DNA of 38,105 nt from an uncultured Spirochaetia bacterium (lineage in GTDB: Bacteria; Spirochaetota; UBA6919; CAYPZJ01), in NCBI GenBank assembly GCA_964414635.1, contig CAYPZJ010000002.1, forward strand, positions 1 to 38,105, read 5' to 3'. The position numbers were made by a program, and so were the translations under genes. Shown here piece by piece: positions 1 through 10,232 of the stretch. Every line of letters begins with the position of its first letter. Position 1 is the first letter of the stretch. The notes under the pieces were generated by a model. It saw nothing but the letters and a program-made list of their open reading frames with translations, was not told the DNA's origin and ran no database searches.

Positions 1-235
1 TTGTTAGTTTAATTAACACCCAAAATGGTCCAATCATTTAGGGGGCTAAGACAAACTTAACACCCTATTTATTTGTTATTGATTATTTTAATTATCCAAA
101 GGGTATGCAAAAGGTAGGCTATGTACGTTGTAGAAATGAAACAGGACGGTTCACTAGGGAAACTAGACCATATCGACCCCTCTATTACTGAATGGGATGA
201 GAAAGCATGGTTGCAAGCGCCATCCAAAGAAACGA

Positions 236-1606
236 CTAAATATTGGCATATTCCAACACCGGAGCTAATGCGGCGGTAACCATCCCCGCATGATTATCTC
301 GTCCATGCCCGCGACAAATCGCGTTAACAGATTGGGCACTACATCCATGTTCTCCATAGGGAAATGCTTCTTGTGCGAGGATGAAATACGTACGAGCAAC
401 ATCCAATCCATCTATGATTCGTGAAATCGTTCCACGTCGCTGTCCTTGCCACACTTCCATAATCGGGTTGGATGTTCGTTCTTCCCCATTTTCTAACCAA
501 GTAGGTTGATCTGTACGTTTTCCAAAACCTGAATTACGTTTGCTACGCTTTGGTTGTGGGACAAGACTTATCTGCTCAATCCGTTCGGGCGGAGTTGTAT
601 GAAACCGTTTGAGAATCCGTCGCGTAAATTGTTCGTTCCCTGTAAGGATTTCGTAACGACGAACCGTAGGAATCAGGACCGCCGCATCTGGATCGGTTAG
701 TTGTTCTATACCAATGTTCAGAAGCTTTTCAGCCGCTTGTAGGAAAATAAACCGGTTCGTTTGTTTCCAGATCGCCAAAAACGCTTCGATTCCTCCCGAA
801 GCGAAGATATTTTCTACGCGATCCACATCCGAGTGCAACGATCCCAATTCTCCCGCAAACTGCTCATAGGTAGCAAGATCCATATCATCAAGGGAATAAA
901 CCGCACCTTGGGTACTTAATCCAAGCGGAATAGATGGTCCGTATACGACGGCTTCTGCCCATTCCTGGGCATAGGCTACTACGTGTTCCTGTATTTTTGA
1001 GCATCGACGCATACGCTGATCCAATAAAGCAAGATGGATACAGCGAAAATGATCAGGGATATTCAATTGGGTGCCAGGTGATTCATCCACGTTGCAGGTT
1101 CCCAAATACATCGACCGAAACCGACAGGTTTGCGGATTGAACCATTCCGGGCAGGAGGGAGGAGTAAAAAACGTATGTTCGGCTGCATCTTGAAATTGCA
1201 ACTGGGTTGTAGGATCCGTAGGATCCATAGACCAACACGTCGCTAAAAATAATTGGAAATGCTCCGTACCGTGATGAACTTCTTGTTCTTTCCAGTACCC
1301 ATGGAACCATTGATCGGTGCTACGAAAATAATCTTGTACCCGATCCCGCCAGAGTTTTATAAAATAGAGTATTCGAGTATCCTTGGTTAGTTGATAATAC
1401 GGCAGCCAACTGGTTGTATAGGTTAGCTGATCATGGGTATCGGTGGGTTCCCCATCTTGTTTCATATCAATACACGTATATATCCAATCTCGAAGTGCAT
1501 TCAAAAACAGGTGCACCGATTCATGTAATGTATCGCTGTGTTCTACACCGCACGTATACTTGGGTGCTGGTTCCAGGTTTTGGTGTGCGGGGTTGTTGGA
1601 ATTCAT
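236..1606 (-). CDS. hypothetical cytoplasmic protein (456 aa), family not recognised
   Basis: It is the only long ORF in this interval. It has no signal peptide and is Trp/His/Gln-rich. I cannot assign a family by eye. A terminator-like hairpin lies upstream (1739-1768), so it probably has its own promoter. Confidence 0.6.
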   Translation of the reverse strand: MNSNNPAHQNLEPAPKYTCGVEHSDTLHESVHLFLNALRDWIYTCIDMKQDGEPTDTHDQLTYTTSWLPYYQLTKDTRILYFIKLWRDRVQDYFRSTDQWFHGYWKEQEVHHGTEHFQLFLATCWSMDPTDPTTQLQFQDAAEHTFFTPPSCPEWFNPQTCRFRSMYLGTCNVDESPGTQLNIPDHFRCIHLALLDQRMRRCSKIQEHVVAYAQEWAEAVVYGPSIPLGLSTQGAVYSLDDMDLATYEQFAGELGSLHSDVDRVENIFASGGIEAFLAIWKQTNRFIFLQAAEKLLNIGIEQLTDPDAAVLIPTVRRYEILTGNEQFTRRILKRFHTTPPERIEQISLVPQPKRSKRNSGFGKRTDQPTWLENGEERTSNPIMEVWQGQRRGTISRIIDGLDVARTYFILAQEAFPYGEHGCSAQSVNAICRGHGRDNHAGMVTAALAPVLEYANI

Positions 1607-1738
1607 AATGATTTACCTTATTCGATTCCAAATAAAAAGCGCCTTCTATTCCTCTGGAAAGTTCGACTTACCATGGAATGGGAGCGGTTCCGTATAAAAT
1701 TTAAAAACGTGGATTTAATTAAGAGGTATCCACCAATG

Positions 1739-1768
1739 AAAAAAACGTGACATCATTATATGTGACGT
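1739..1768 (-). terminator. rho-independent terminator downstream of ackA
   Basis: On the minus strand: ACGTCACAT-ataatg-ATGTCACGT, with 8 of 9 bp paired and one C/C mismatch. T7 follows immediately (plus-strand A run 1739-1745). It lies about 86 nt after the ackA stop. Confidence 0.6.
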
Positions 1769-1853
1769 GATTCAGTCCTGACTCAAAACCGGAGCGTCGT
1801 GACGCGCTACTTTTAGTATAGACAAATTCATCTCCGATGTGTAATAATCCATG

Positions 1854-3059
1854 TTATTTGTTTTTAACGATTTTATATGTATCTTCGGCAATTACCAATT
1901 CTTCGTTTGTTGGGATGACCCAAATTTGGGCACGTGAGTCGGATGTATGAATCGCACATTCTTTCGATGGGAGTTTAAAGTTTTTACCCAGATCCAGTTT
2001 AACGCCCATAAATTCTAATCCCGATATGGAATGTTCACGCATGTAATCGGAATTTTCGCCAATGCCCCCTGTAAATACAATGCAGTCTACGCCATCCATT
2101 GCAGCGGCATAGGAACCAATGTATTTCTTTAGGCGATAAGCCGTCATTTTTAACGCTAAATCAGCACGGGGGTTGGTGTCCTTCACCGCCATCAATTCCC
2201 GCATGTCATTGGAAACACCGGATATGCCCAGCAATCCGCTTTTCTTATTCATAGCTTTATCAATCTCTCCAAATGACATATTCGAATCCTGATGATTTGC
2301 CATATAAGCAACGATGGCAGGATCCATATCTCCACAGCGGGTACCCATAATTAATCCTTCCATCGGAGTTAATCCCATAGATGTATCAACGGATTTTCCA
2401 TGCTTAACCGCTGTTATGCTGCATCCATTCCCGAGATGACAGGTAATGATTTTTAGTTTCTCGATCGGTTGCCCGATGCATTCAGCAGCACGTTTGGACA
2501 CATATTTGTGGGATGTTCCATGAAACCCATACCGTCGTACCATGTAGTTTTCATACCATTCATAAGGCAGCGCGTACATATATGCATAATCTGGCAAACT
2601 GGAATGAAAAGCCGTATCGAATACTCCTACATTCGGGGTTTTAGGAAGCAAGCTTCTACATATCTTGATTCCAGTTAGGTTATGGGGATTGTGTAAGGGA
2701 GCAAGCACATTCAACCGCTCCACTACTTCGATAAATCGATCGTCAATAAGCGAGGAATCTTGTATTTCTTCGCCTCCGTGAACAACACGATGACCTACTG
2801 CATCAATTTCATCGACGGTTTTCATTACACCGCCATCACTATGGGTTAAATAGTCAAAAATAACCCGCAGCGCGTCTTCATGATTTTGAATGGATAACAC
2901 ATCGTCTTTGCTAACCCCATCCTGCCGTTTGTAATGAATGGCTGGTTGGGCTTCTCCAATTTTTTCTATAATCCCTTTAGCCAAGACAACCTTTTCTGGT
3001 AATTGGAAAAGCATAAATTTTATGGATGATGAACCACAATTTAATACAAGAATATTCAT
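1854..3059 (-). CDS. ackA: acetate kinase
   Basis: N-terminus MNILVLNCGSSSIKF, plus the motifs RRYGFHGTSH and FTGGIGENS. GAGGT lies 5 nt upstream of the ATG at 3059. The track start (TTG at 3071) adds 4 residues and overlaps that SD, so I prefer 3059. Confidence 0.95.
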   Translation of the reverse strand: MNILVLNCGSSSIKFMLFQLPEKVVLAKGIIEKIGEAQPAIHYKRQDGVSKDDVLSIQNHEDALRVIFDYLTHSDGGVMKTVDEIDAVGHRVVHGGEEIQDSSLIDDRFIEVVERLNVLAPLHNPHNLTGIKICRSLLPKTPNVGVFDTAFHSSLPDYAYMYALPYEWYENYMVRRYGFHGTSHKYVSKRAAECIGQPIEKLKIITCHLGNGCSITAVKHGKSVDTSMGLTPMEGLIMGTRCGDMDPAIVAYMANHQDSNMSFGEIDKAMNKKSGLLGISGVSNDMRELMAVKDTNPRADLALKMTAYRLKKYIGSYAAAMDGVDCIVFTGGIGENSDYMREHSISGLEFMGVKLDLGKNFKLPSKECAIHTSDSRAQIWVIPTNEELVIAEDTYKIVKNK

Positions 3060-3283
3060 AAGTAACCTCAATCGGTGTAACGTTTTATTGATGCGTATGC
3101 TAGCCGCAACCGTATAGTAAACGCTGTATTTATTCTGCTAACAACGGAAAAATCAGCGTCAGACTCTATTTGTTTAATAAAGCGAGATAGGATATCATCA
3201 GTACCGATGTTCTGGATAGGTTTTAGACGATTTGAACAAGCAGGTTGCCAAATAAAAACCGAAAAACCCTTACCCTTCCATAC

Positions 3284-4276
3284 CTACGATGCTTGAATCG
3301 CTGTAATTGCGATCATAATGGAAATATCCTGTGCATTGCAGCCACGGGAAAGATCCATCGCGGATTTAGCCAACCCTTGAATACACGGGCCAAGTGCCAC
3401 CGCCCCTCCCAAACGCTCTGTGATTTTATAAGCAATATTTCCCGCGTCCAAATCCGGGAATATCAAGATGTTGGCTTGTCCGGCTACCGTGCTTCCTGGA
3501 GCTTTTTTCTTTCCAATTGTATCTATTACTGCTGCATCGAATTGCATTTCTCCATCAACATTTAGATCCGGACGTTTTTCTTGGATAATCTGGAGTGTCT
3601 GGCGAACCTTGTCTACATCCGGATGCTCTGCACTTCCCTTTGTAGAAAAAGATAAAAGCGCAACCCGGGGCTCACTTTCCATAAATAATTTTCGAGTATC
3701 AGCAGTACTAATTGCTATATCGGCTAATTGTTCGGCGGTAGGTTGTGGAACGGCTCCACAATCTGCATAAAAGAAAACCCCCTCTTCAACGAAGGTTGAA
3801 TCGGGCATAACCATAATAAAATATGATGAAATCGTATTGGTATTTTTTGCTGTCCCGATGATTTGAAGACTGGCACGAATTACATTCGCCGTACTATTCA
3901 CCGCACCAGCGAGACATCCATCGGCTTCACCCTCTCGCACCATCATATCTGCATAGTATAGAGGATCGCTCAACACTTCTTCCGCTTGCTGTTCGGTGAT
4001 TCCCTTATGTTTGCGAAGTTCATAGTAGCTATGCACATAGTCCTTAAATTGAGGTGCATTTTTATAATCTACAATCGTATAGCTATCACGTGGGACACCA
4101 TAAGTCTCGCATTTCGGTTGAATCTGGGCTGGATCACCCAGCATAATTATCGTTGCATATTGCTCTGCTGCAACGAGTTTTATTGCTTCAATATAGCGTT
4201 CATCGCTGGCTTCTGGAAGCACAATGGATTTGTTCAGTGTTCGTGCACGCTGTTTTAGTTGGGTAACAAAATTCAT
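3284..4276 (-). CDS. pta: phosphate acetyltransferase (short PTA_PTB form)
   Basis: 330 aa. Motifs LPEASDERYIEA, SFSTKGSA and FPDLDAGNIAYKI. It lies upstream of ackA on the same strand, separated by a 212-nt spacer. Confidence 0.93.
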   Translation of the reverse strand: MNFVTQLKQRARTLNKSIVLPEASDERYIEAIKLVAAEQYATIIMLGDPAQIQPKCETYGVPRDSYTIVDYKNAPQFKDYVHSYYELRKHKGITEQQAEEVLSDPLYYADMMVREGEADGCLAGAVNSTANVIRASLQIIGTAKNTNTISSYFIMVMPDSTFVEEGVFFYADCGAVPQPTAEQLADIAISTADTRKLFMESEPRVALLSFSTKGSAEHPDVDKVRQTLQIIQEKRPDLNVDGEMQFDAAVIDTIGKKKAPGSTVAGQANILIFPDLDAGNIAYKITERLGGAVALGPCIQGLAKSAMDLSRGCNAQDISIMIAITAIQAS

Positions 4277-4689
4277 ACAATTATCCTAAGTAACATAACG
4301 TTTGTGCTCAAATAGGACCCTAATGGAAAGAATCATTCCCTTCCCCGAAAAACAAAGTGAAAGCCATTCGAGTCGATAAGCTCCTACTAATTTGGAATAT
4401 AGTAATACTGCACTGATTTGGCAACTCATTTTTTTTTTAGTAACGTCGGGTTCTACTATTTAATTTTGATTATTTTGGATTTGCTTAAGCCCTCAATCCA
4501 CATCATAAATGATTATTTATCCAGAGTGACAAGTTTATGTGTCTTCCCTACTTAAAAGCCATCATCTATCCGTGTTTGACGGTAGAAAACAACAAGGGAT
4601 CGAGAACTGAATCCCATTGACCATTTCCTAAAAAATCAATACATTTAGAAATGGAATAAATTGATCCAAGCCCGTTTCGTGGCTTTCAA

Positions 4690-5940
4690 ATGAGGTACCG
4701 TATGGTAAAATATCTTTCTTGTATGCTACTTATGCTCCTGCTCCTGCCGTTAGGGACGTGGGCAGATGATTTTGATACCCTTGCTGCTCAATTCACGAGT
4801 GATTCGGCAAGCGAACGGCAACGAGCCGCTGTAGGACTAACGCGATTTGGAAGCACCCGAGCAATTCCGCTTCTAATTGATGGATTAGCAGACACCGATT
4901 TGCTAGTACGACAACTAAGTGCCCGTGGTTTAGGAAAATATCGCGCCCAAACCGCAGTTCGCGCGTTGGTTCATGCGTTACAAGATCCCCATAGTGGTAT
5001 CCAGGCAGAAGCTTCCCAAGCATTGATTGAAATTGATAATCCCAATGCTGCTGCCTGGCTTTATGCTTCTCTGGGAAATAACAATCCGGTCATTCGTCGC
5101 TATACAGTTGAAACACTGGGAGCGCTCCATGATATACGGGGAATTCCACGAATCATTCCATTATTAAGCGATACGAATATGGAAGTTCGCCAAGCAGCTA
5201 CACGCGCCTTAGCTTCAATGGGAGTGGAAGCCATCGAAGCACTGGAACAAGTGATCGACGAAGGACGTGGGGAGGCACCAGTCAATGCGATCCAAGCGAT
5301 GGGACTCATTGGTAGTGATCGTGCGATCGAAAGTTTGATTCGGGTGTTAAATGGAAGCAATTTGCGTCAGGCAAGAAGTGCCGCCCAAGCATTGGGGAAT
5401 TTGGGAAGAGAAGTCACCGCTCCGTTAATACGGGAGCGAATTATACGGTTAAATGAAACCGAACTCTCATCCGATGCGGTGTTTTTTAAAGCAAGTATGT
5501 TAGAAGCATTAGGAAAAATATGGGATCCCGAATCCACAACCTTATTGAATCAGGAAATAAGTAATACGAAAAACCCTCGAATTATCCGGCAATATGCAAC
5601 CATTGCATTGGGACGTTTGGTAACGCCTGAAAATGTTCGTTATTTAGCGCCACTCTTGCTTTCCGATGATTATGTAATTGCGACGGCTGCTCGTGAAGCG
5701 ATCACCCGGGTTGTTACCCAAGAAGTAGGACCCTATTTGATTCAACTTTTAGAACAGCGAGGACGGGATACGGATTTTCAGTTTGTAAGACAAATTCTTA
5801 AGCGACTGGGTCGGGATAGCCTTCCCTTTCTCGTTCAAATGCATAATCATCAAACCGAAGCGATACAGGTTTTAAGCCAGGAAGTTATGGATGATTTAGG
5901 GTTTTCGGAAGCTGATTTGGAGACCATTGAATCATCATAA
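4690..5940 (+). CDS. secreted HEAT / PBS-lyase-like repeat protein
   Basis: N-terminal signal peptide (LLMLLLLPLGTWA). Repeated units of about 30 aa of the form A...L..L.D.d..VR..A..ALG. The ATG at 4702 (GAGG 7 nt upstream) is an alternative start. Confidence 0.8.
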   Translation: MRYRMVKYLSCMLLMLLLLPLGTWADDFDTLAAQFTSDSASERQRAAVGLTRFGSTRAIPLLIDGLADTDLLVRQLSARGLGKYRAQTAVRALVHALQDPHSGIQAEASQALIEIDNPNAAAWLYASLGNNNPVIRRYTVETLGALHDIRGIPRIIPLLSDTNMEVRQAATRALASMGVEAIEALEQVIDEGRGEAPVNAIQAMGLIGSDRAIESLIRVLNGSNLRQARSAAQALGNLGREVTAPLIRERIIRLNETELSSDAVFFKASMLEALGKIWDPESTTLLNQEISNTKNPRIIRQYATIALGRLVTPENVRYLAPLLLSDDYVIATAAREAITRVVTQEVGPYLIQLLEQRGRDTDFQFVRQILKRLGRDSLPFLVQMHNHQTEAIQVLSQEVMDDLGFSEADLETIESS

Positions 5941-5962
5941 GAAGTTTGGGAAGGAAGAATCT

Positions 5963-7897
5963 ATGAGCACCTATTATGTAACAACCCCGATCTATTACGT
6001 AAACGGGGAGCCCCATATTGGGCACGCGTATACCACCATTGTAGCAGATGTATTGAAACGATACAATCAGCTGATGGGAAAGGATACGTTTTTTTCTACA
6101 GGTAGTGATGAGCACGGTGAAAACATCGTGATAACCGTTGCTAAAAAAGATAAGGAAATAAAAAGCTATATTGATGAGATCGTGGAGAAGTTTAAATCCC
6201 TATGGAAACATTTAAATATTGAATACTCGGATTACATCCGTACATCCGAAGATCGCCATAAACGTGTAGTGCAGTTGGTATTACAAAAGATTTATGATCA
6301 AGGGGATATCTATCTGGGGGAATACGGGGGATTGTATTGTAAAGGATGCGAGCGTTTCCTTTCGGAAAAAGAACTCGTCGATGAGAAATGCCCGGATCAT
6401 TTGGTGGAACCTGAATTTGTAAAAGAAAAGAATTATTATTTTCGAATGAGTAAATACCAGGATTGGCTCATTGATCACATCCAAACTCATGATGATTTCA
6501 TCCGCCCAAAACAATATAAAAACGAGATCCTTTCATTTTTAAAAGAACCCTTGCGGGATTTATGCATCTCTCGTCCAAAATCCCGTCTCCAATGGGGGAT
6601 CCCTCTGCCGTTTGATGACAACTATGTAACCTATGTATGGTTTGATGCGTTGCTAAATTACCTGACCGTTTTAGATTACCCGGCCGGTGATAAATTTAAA
6701 ACCTATTGGTATGAAGCAGAGCATTTGGTCGCAAAAGATATCATCAAACCCCATGGAATTTACTGGCCTACCATGCTGCGAGCAGCAGGGATTCCGCTAT
6801 ATAAACATTTAACCGTTCATGGATATTGGACCATGATAACAGATGAACAAGCGGAAACGGGACAAAAGATTTCAAAAAGCCTTGGGAATGTGGTCGATCC
6901 ATTGGTACTGGGGAATGAATACGGAGTTGATTCCCTTCGGTATGTGCTCATTCGCGAAATGATCTTTGGTCAGGATGCGACATTCTCGGAACGGTTATTT
7001 AAGGAACGGTTTAATAGTGATTTAGCAAACGATTTAGGAAATCTTGTAAGTCGATTGATTACCATGATAGCAATATATTGCAATGCTACTATTCCTGCCT
7101 GCGGTACCTTGCAGGATCGGGATAAGGCGATCTGGGAATTAATCCATCGGGTTCCAAAACGTGCGATGGAAGCCATTGAAGAGGTACGGATTCATGATAC
7201 AGCAAAAGAGGCGATTAATCTGGTACGGGCGGTGAATAAATATGTAAATGATACCAAGCCTTGGAAATTGGCAAAGGAAAACAAACAAGCAGATATCAAT
7301 ACGATTCTCCATACGTGCACAGTCGGATTATTAGTCGCAGGACGGGTATTCTACCCTATTATGCCTGGGAAAATGAAAGAACTTTTTGGGGCATTGGGAT
7401 GCAAGAATCTTTCCTTTCGGTTTGATGCACCAATGGAAATTGACGGGGCGCAAGTAGCCGAAGCGGTCAATTTATTTCCTCGTATCGATAAAGAAAAGCT
7501 ACAAGGAAAGCAAGATCCAACCGCTCCCAAAAAAGATAAACAGTCTGCCGGCTCGAACAAGCAAACCGATTCAAATCAAATTGAGTTTGATGATTTTCTT
7601 AAACTGGATATCCGAACGGCTACTGTTTTGGAAGCCACTAAAGTGGAAAAAGCGGATAAACTCCTTCAATTGCAGGTTTCCATCGGTGCTGAAACCCGCC
7701 AGGTTATTGCTGGAATTGCGGAGTATTACACACCCGAAGCGTTAGTCGGGAAAAAGCTAATCATTCTTACAAATCTGAAACCCCGAAAAATTCGAGGGTT
7801 GGAATCCCAGGGTATGATTTTAGCAGTTGATCATGAAGGTACGTTAGCCTGGTTGACTCCCAGTGTGGATATGCCCGATGGGTTGCGGATACGTTAG
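5963..7897 (+). CDS. metG: methionine--tRNA ligase with C-terminal tRNA-binding (Trbp111/EMAP-like) domain
   Basis: TTPIYYVNGEPHIGHAYT (HIGH motif), KISKSLGN (KMSKS motif), a CxxC...C knuckle, and the C-terminal stretch DIRTATVLEA...LKPRKIRGLESQGMIL. GGAAGGA lies upstream of the ATG at 5963. The track start at 5927 adds 12 non-conserved residues. Confidence 0.95.
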   Translation: MSTYYVTTPIYYVNGEPHIGHAYTTIVADVLKRYNQLMGKDTFFSTGSDEHGENIVITVAKKDKEIKSYIDEIVEKFKSLWKHLNIEYSDYIRTSEDRHKRVVQLVLQKIYDQGDIYLGEYGGLYCKGCERFLSEKELVDEKCPDHLVEPEFVKEKNYYFRMSKYQDWLIDHIQTHDDFIRPKQYKNEILSFLKEPLRDLCISRPKSRLQWGIPLPFDDNYVTYVWFDALLNYLTVLDYPAGDKFKTYWYEAEHLVAKDIIKPHGIYWPTMLRAAGIPLYKHLTVHGYWTMITDEQAETGQKISKSLGNVVDPLVLGNEYGVDSLRYVLIREMIFGQDATFSERLFKERFNSDLANDLGNLVSRLITMIAIYCNATIPACGTLQDRDKAIWELIHRVPKRAMEAIEEVRIHDTAKEAINLVRAVNKYVNDTKPWKLAKENKQADINTILHTCTVGLLVAGRVFYPIMPGKMKELFGALGCKNLSFRFDAPMEIDGAQVAEAVNLFPRIDKEKLQGKQDPTAPKKDKQSAGSNKQTDSNQIEFDDFLKLDIRTATVLEATKVEKADKLLQLQVSIGAETRQVIAGIAEYYTPEALVGKKLIILTNLKPRKIRGLESQGMILAVDHEGTLAWLTPSVDMPDGLRIR

Positions 7898-7918
7898 AAC
7901 ATACGGAAGGATAAAGGT

Positions 7919-8893
7919 ATGAAGCAACAACGACGGATTGCTGGTTGGCTAATCCTTGGATGGCTGATCTTTATGGTGTGCATGACTGCATGCCACTCCA
8001 TTAAGGTGGTGCCGGGGGATTGGGTCCAATACCGAGTTGCATTTTACCAAACGGATGTATCGGACGAAGCCCGTGCATTCAAGCAAGAAGTAGAAAAATA
8101 CCTCCATAACTATCGGGTAACCGATTCACCCGATTTGGAAACCCTTTTTGTCTATTTTTCTACACAGAATCCCCCTGCACTGAACGAAGCCGTGGATTTT
8201 TTTAAAAAGAAACCCCTTCAGGCGATTATCATCGGTTTAGGAGAAGTCGATCAACTTAAACCAATTGCGATCGAAGCCATGGAGCAAGATATTGATGTAT
8301 TCACGATCCATCCGTCACTTTGTGATCTGAACGGGATATATTGTATTCATACCTCTCCCATGGCACAAGCGAAGCTTGTAGCTTCTGCGTTAAAAAAAGA
8401 TCGGCGCTTTTATGTAGAAGATACACTTTGGTTATTTCAAGAGCCGGCAGTACCTGAAACAGCCACATTGTGGGAGGAAGTCTTGTATCAGCTTTTCCCC
8501 GATCAAGAAACCGCCTCGCTTCGTACGATGTATCTTCCTGTGGATGAAGCGGTTGTACAGACCCAGCTGGCACCCCATTATCAAAAACAAGCTGCATTTC
8601 ATCATCCCCTTGTGATTATGGATGAAACATTGGTTCAACCGGTTGTAAATGCGTTGGAGCTGGATGATTCAATGGTGCCGGTTTATGCAATTGGAAATCA
8701 TAAAACAACTTTGGAAGCGGTTATGACATTTGAACTTACCGGTGTGATAACCCAATCCATGGGAGGGAAACAAACCTTGTTTCATTTAACTCGGCTATTA
8801 GATGGAAAAGCAGTCCCCTCTGAAATCCAGATAGAACCCCAGTTTGTAACACGAGCCACCGTCTATGATTTCTATTCCTTGCTTAATCCCTAA
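7919..8893 (+). CDS. lipoprotein with periplasmic-binding-protein type I-like features (orphan solute-binding-like)
   Basis: Lipobox FMVCMTAC. The segments QAIIIGLGEVDQLKPIAIEAMEQDIDVF and VPVYAIGNHKTTLEAV..TGVITQS resemble sugar-binding/LacI-type PBP signatures. The functional call is weak. Confidence 0.5.
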   Translation: MKQQRRIAGWLILGWLIFMVCMTACHSIKVVPGDWVQYRVAFYQTDVSDEARAFKQEVEKYLHNYRVTDSPDLETLFVYFSTQNPPALNEAVDFFKKKPLQAIIIGLGEVDQLKPIAIEAMEQDIDVFTIHPSLCDLNGIYCIHTSPMAQAKLVASALKKDRRFYVEDTLWLFQEPAVPETATLWEEVLYQLFPDQETASLRTMYLPVDEAVVQTQLAPHYQKQAAFHHPLVIMDETLVQPVVNALELDDSMVPVYAIGNHKTTLEAVMTFELTGVITQSMGGKQTLFHLTRLLDGKAVPSEIQIEPQFVTRATVYDFYSLLNP

Positions 8894-8916
8894 CAGGATA
8901 TAAAAGGATACACCCT

Positions 8917-10032
8917 ATGAGTTCCCAAACTACCGTTTATATGGACGAAATAGAAGAAAAGCTTTCGCGTTGTCGAACCCTCATAAAGCAACGCGGTTGG
9001 GATGGGCTTGCGCTAACCCAACAAGCCAATTTTGCTTGGATAACCGGAGGAGTTGACAACCGGGTAGTACTCGCATCGGATATGGGAGCTGCAACCATTT
9101 TAGTAACCCATGATACAGCGTATTATATTACTAATGAAATAGAAGCTCCCCGTTTAGCGGAGTTTATGGATCCCCTTCCATTTGAACCCGTATACTATCC
9201 CTGGTATGAACCAACCCAGGGTCTAAAACAAATTCAACGTATTATCAATGGAAAACGATGGGCATCCGATGCAGGTGAGCAGGATAGTGAACCTATCGCA
9301 GCGTCATTACAACCTTTACAGCGTCCCTTAACACCTTCCGAATGTAAAAAATATAGAGAGTTGGGGAAAGAGGCTTCTTCGATTGTAACCCAGACTTGTC
9401 ATCAGATCAAACGAGGTATATCTGAACATGGGATTGCTGGAATGATTACCAACGAGCTGATGCGAGCAGGCATACAACCCTATGTAATTCTTGTTGCTGC
9501 GGACGATCATGTTCGTCGTTTTCGCCATCCCCTCCCCACAGAACAACCCATCCAAACCTATGCTATGATAGTTGTCTGTGCTCGACGGTATGGTCTAATT
9601 GCTAATTTTACACGGTTTGTAGCCTTTGATTCACTTTCAGGTGAATTGGAAAAGAAATTCAACGCGGTAGCCACCATTGATACGCGTATGAATATAGAAG
9701 CACAACCCCATCGTACGTATGCGGAATTGTTTCAACGTACCCAGCAAGCGTATGCAGATGTGGGATATCCCGTTGAATGGAAGCTCCATCATCAAGGTGG
9801 ACCGACTGGATACCAGGGACGCTATTTTATGATGGATGCTTCACAGCATATACCGATCCTTCCCACCGAAGCCGTTGCATTTAATCCATCTATTACCGGT
9901 AGTAAATCGGAAGACACCTTTCTATTAATGGATGGAACGCTCGAAAATATCACCCACGATCCTGATTTCCCTCAGATTTTGGTGAAAACTGATTTAGGGA
10001 ACATGGAACGACCTGGTATTTTGTATCTATAA
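8917..10032 (+). CDS. M24 family (creatinase/prolidase-fold) peptidase-like protein
   Basis: 371 aa. It has a creatinase-like N-terminal half and a pita-bread-like C-terminal half containing HHQGGPTGY and SKSEDTFLL. AAAGGA lies upstream of the start. Confidence 0.75.
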   Translation: MSSQTTVYMDEIEEKLSRCRTLIKQRGWDGLALTQQANFAWITGGVDNRVVLASDMGAATILVTHDTAYYITNEIEAPRLAEFMDPLPFEPVYYPWYEPTQGLKQIQRIINGKRWASDAGEQDSEPIAASLQPLQRPLTPSECKKYRELGKEASSIVTQTCHQIKRGISEHGIAGMITNELMRAGIQPYVILVAADDHVRRFRHPLPTEQPIQTYAMIVVCARRYGLIANFTRFVAFDSLSGELEKKFNAVATIDTRMNIEAQPHRTYAELFQRTQQAYADVGYPVEWKLHHQGGPTGYQGRYFMMDASQHIPILPTEAVAFNPSITGSKSEDTFLLMDGTLENITHDPDFPQILVKTDLGNMERPGILYL

Positions 10033-10232
10033 CCATTTCGAAACGTACATATATAGCTCGTAGTTCTTCTTTGTTTTGTGGATATCCCCGTTGAAATAAA
10101 AGCCAGGATCACGATTTTATATCCAGCTGCATCGCTACGTTGCAACACATACGCCACTTTGTTGTCATCGTGATATCAAAGCATGGTTATATGTCGAGGC
10201 TACATACCTGAAAATCAGAGTTGAGTCACTGA

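Noticed and set aside
121-279. A 52-codon plus-strand ORF (MYVVEMKQDG...) at the left edge, converging on and overlapping the end of the 456-aa gene.
   Set aside because: It has only a weak SD-like AAGGTAGG and no recognisable motif. It overlaps the 3' end of a longer ORF. There is not enough evidence to call it a gene.
4429-4438. A T10 homopolymer in the pta / HEAT-protein divergent promoter region, considered as a phase-variation tract.
   Set aside because: It is a single A/T tract in an AT-rich promoter region. There is no evidence of length variation from one sequence, and it is more simply an UP-element-like stretch.
5927-5962. Upstream in-frame start codons offered by the ORF track. 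These affect metG (5927), ackA (3071), the GlxA regulator (16016), the Kelch protein (17117), the cupin (24906), the TIM barrel (25322) and the YD-like protein (31767).
   Set aside because: In each case a downstream ATG has better support. The support is a well-spaced SD, a match to the conserved family N-terminus, or a proper signal peptide. The extensions add non-conserved residues.
5941-5962. A possible T-box or other leader in front of metG.
   Set aside because: Only about 22 nt separate the HEAT-protein stop codon from the metG start. There is no room for a T-box riboswitch.
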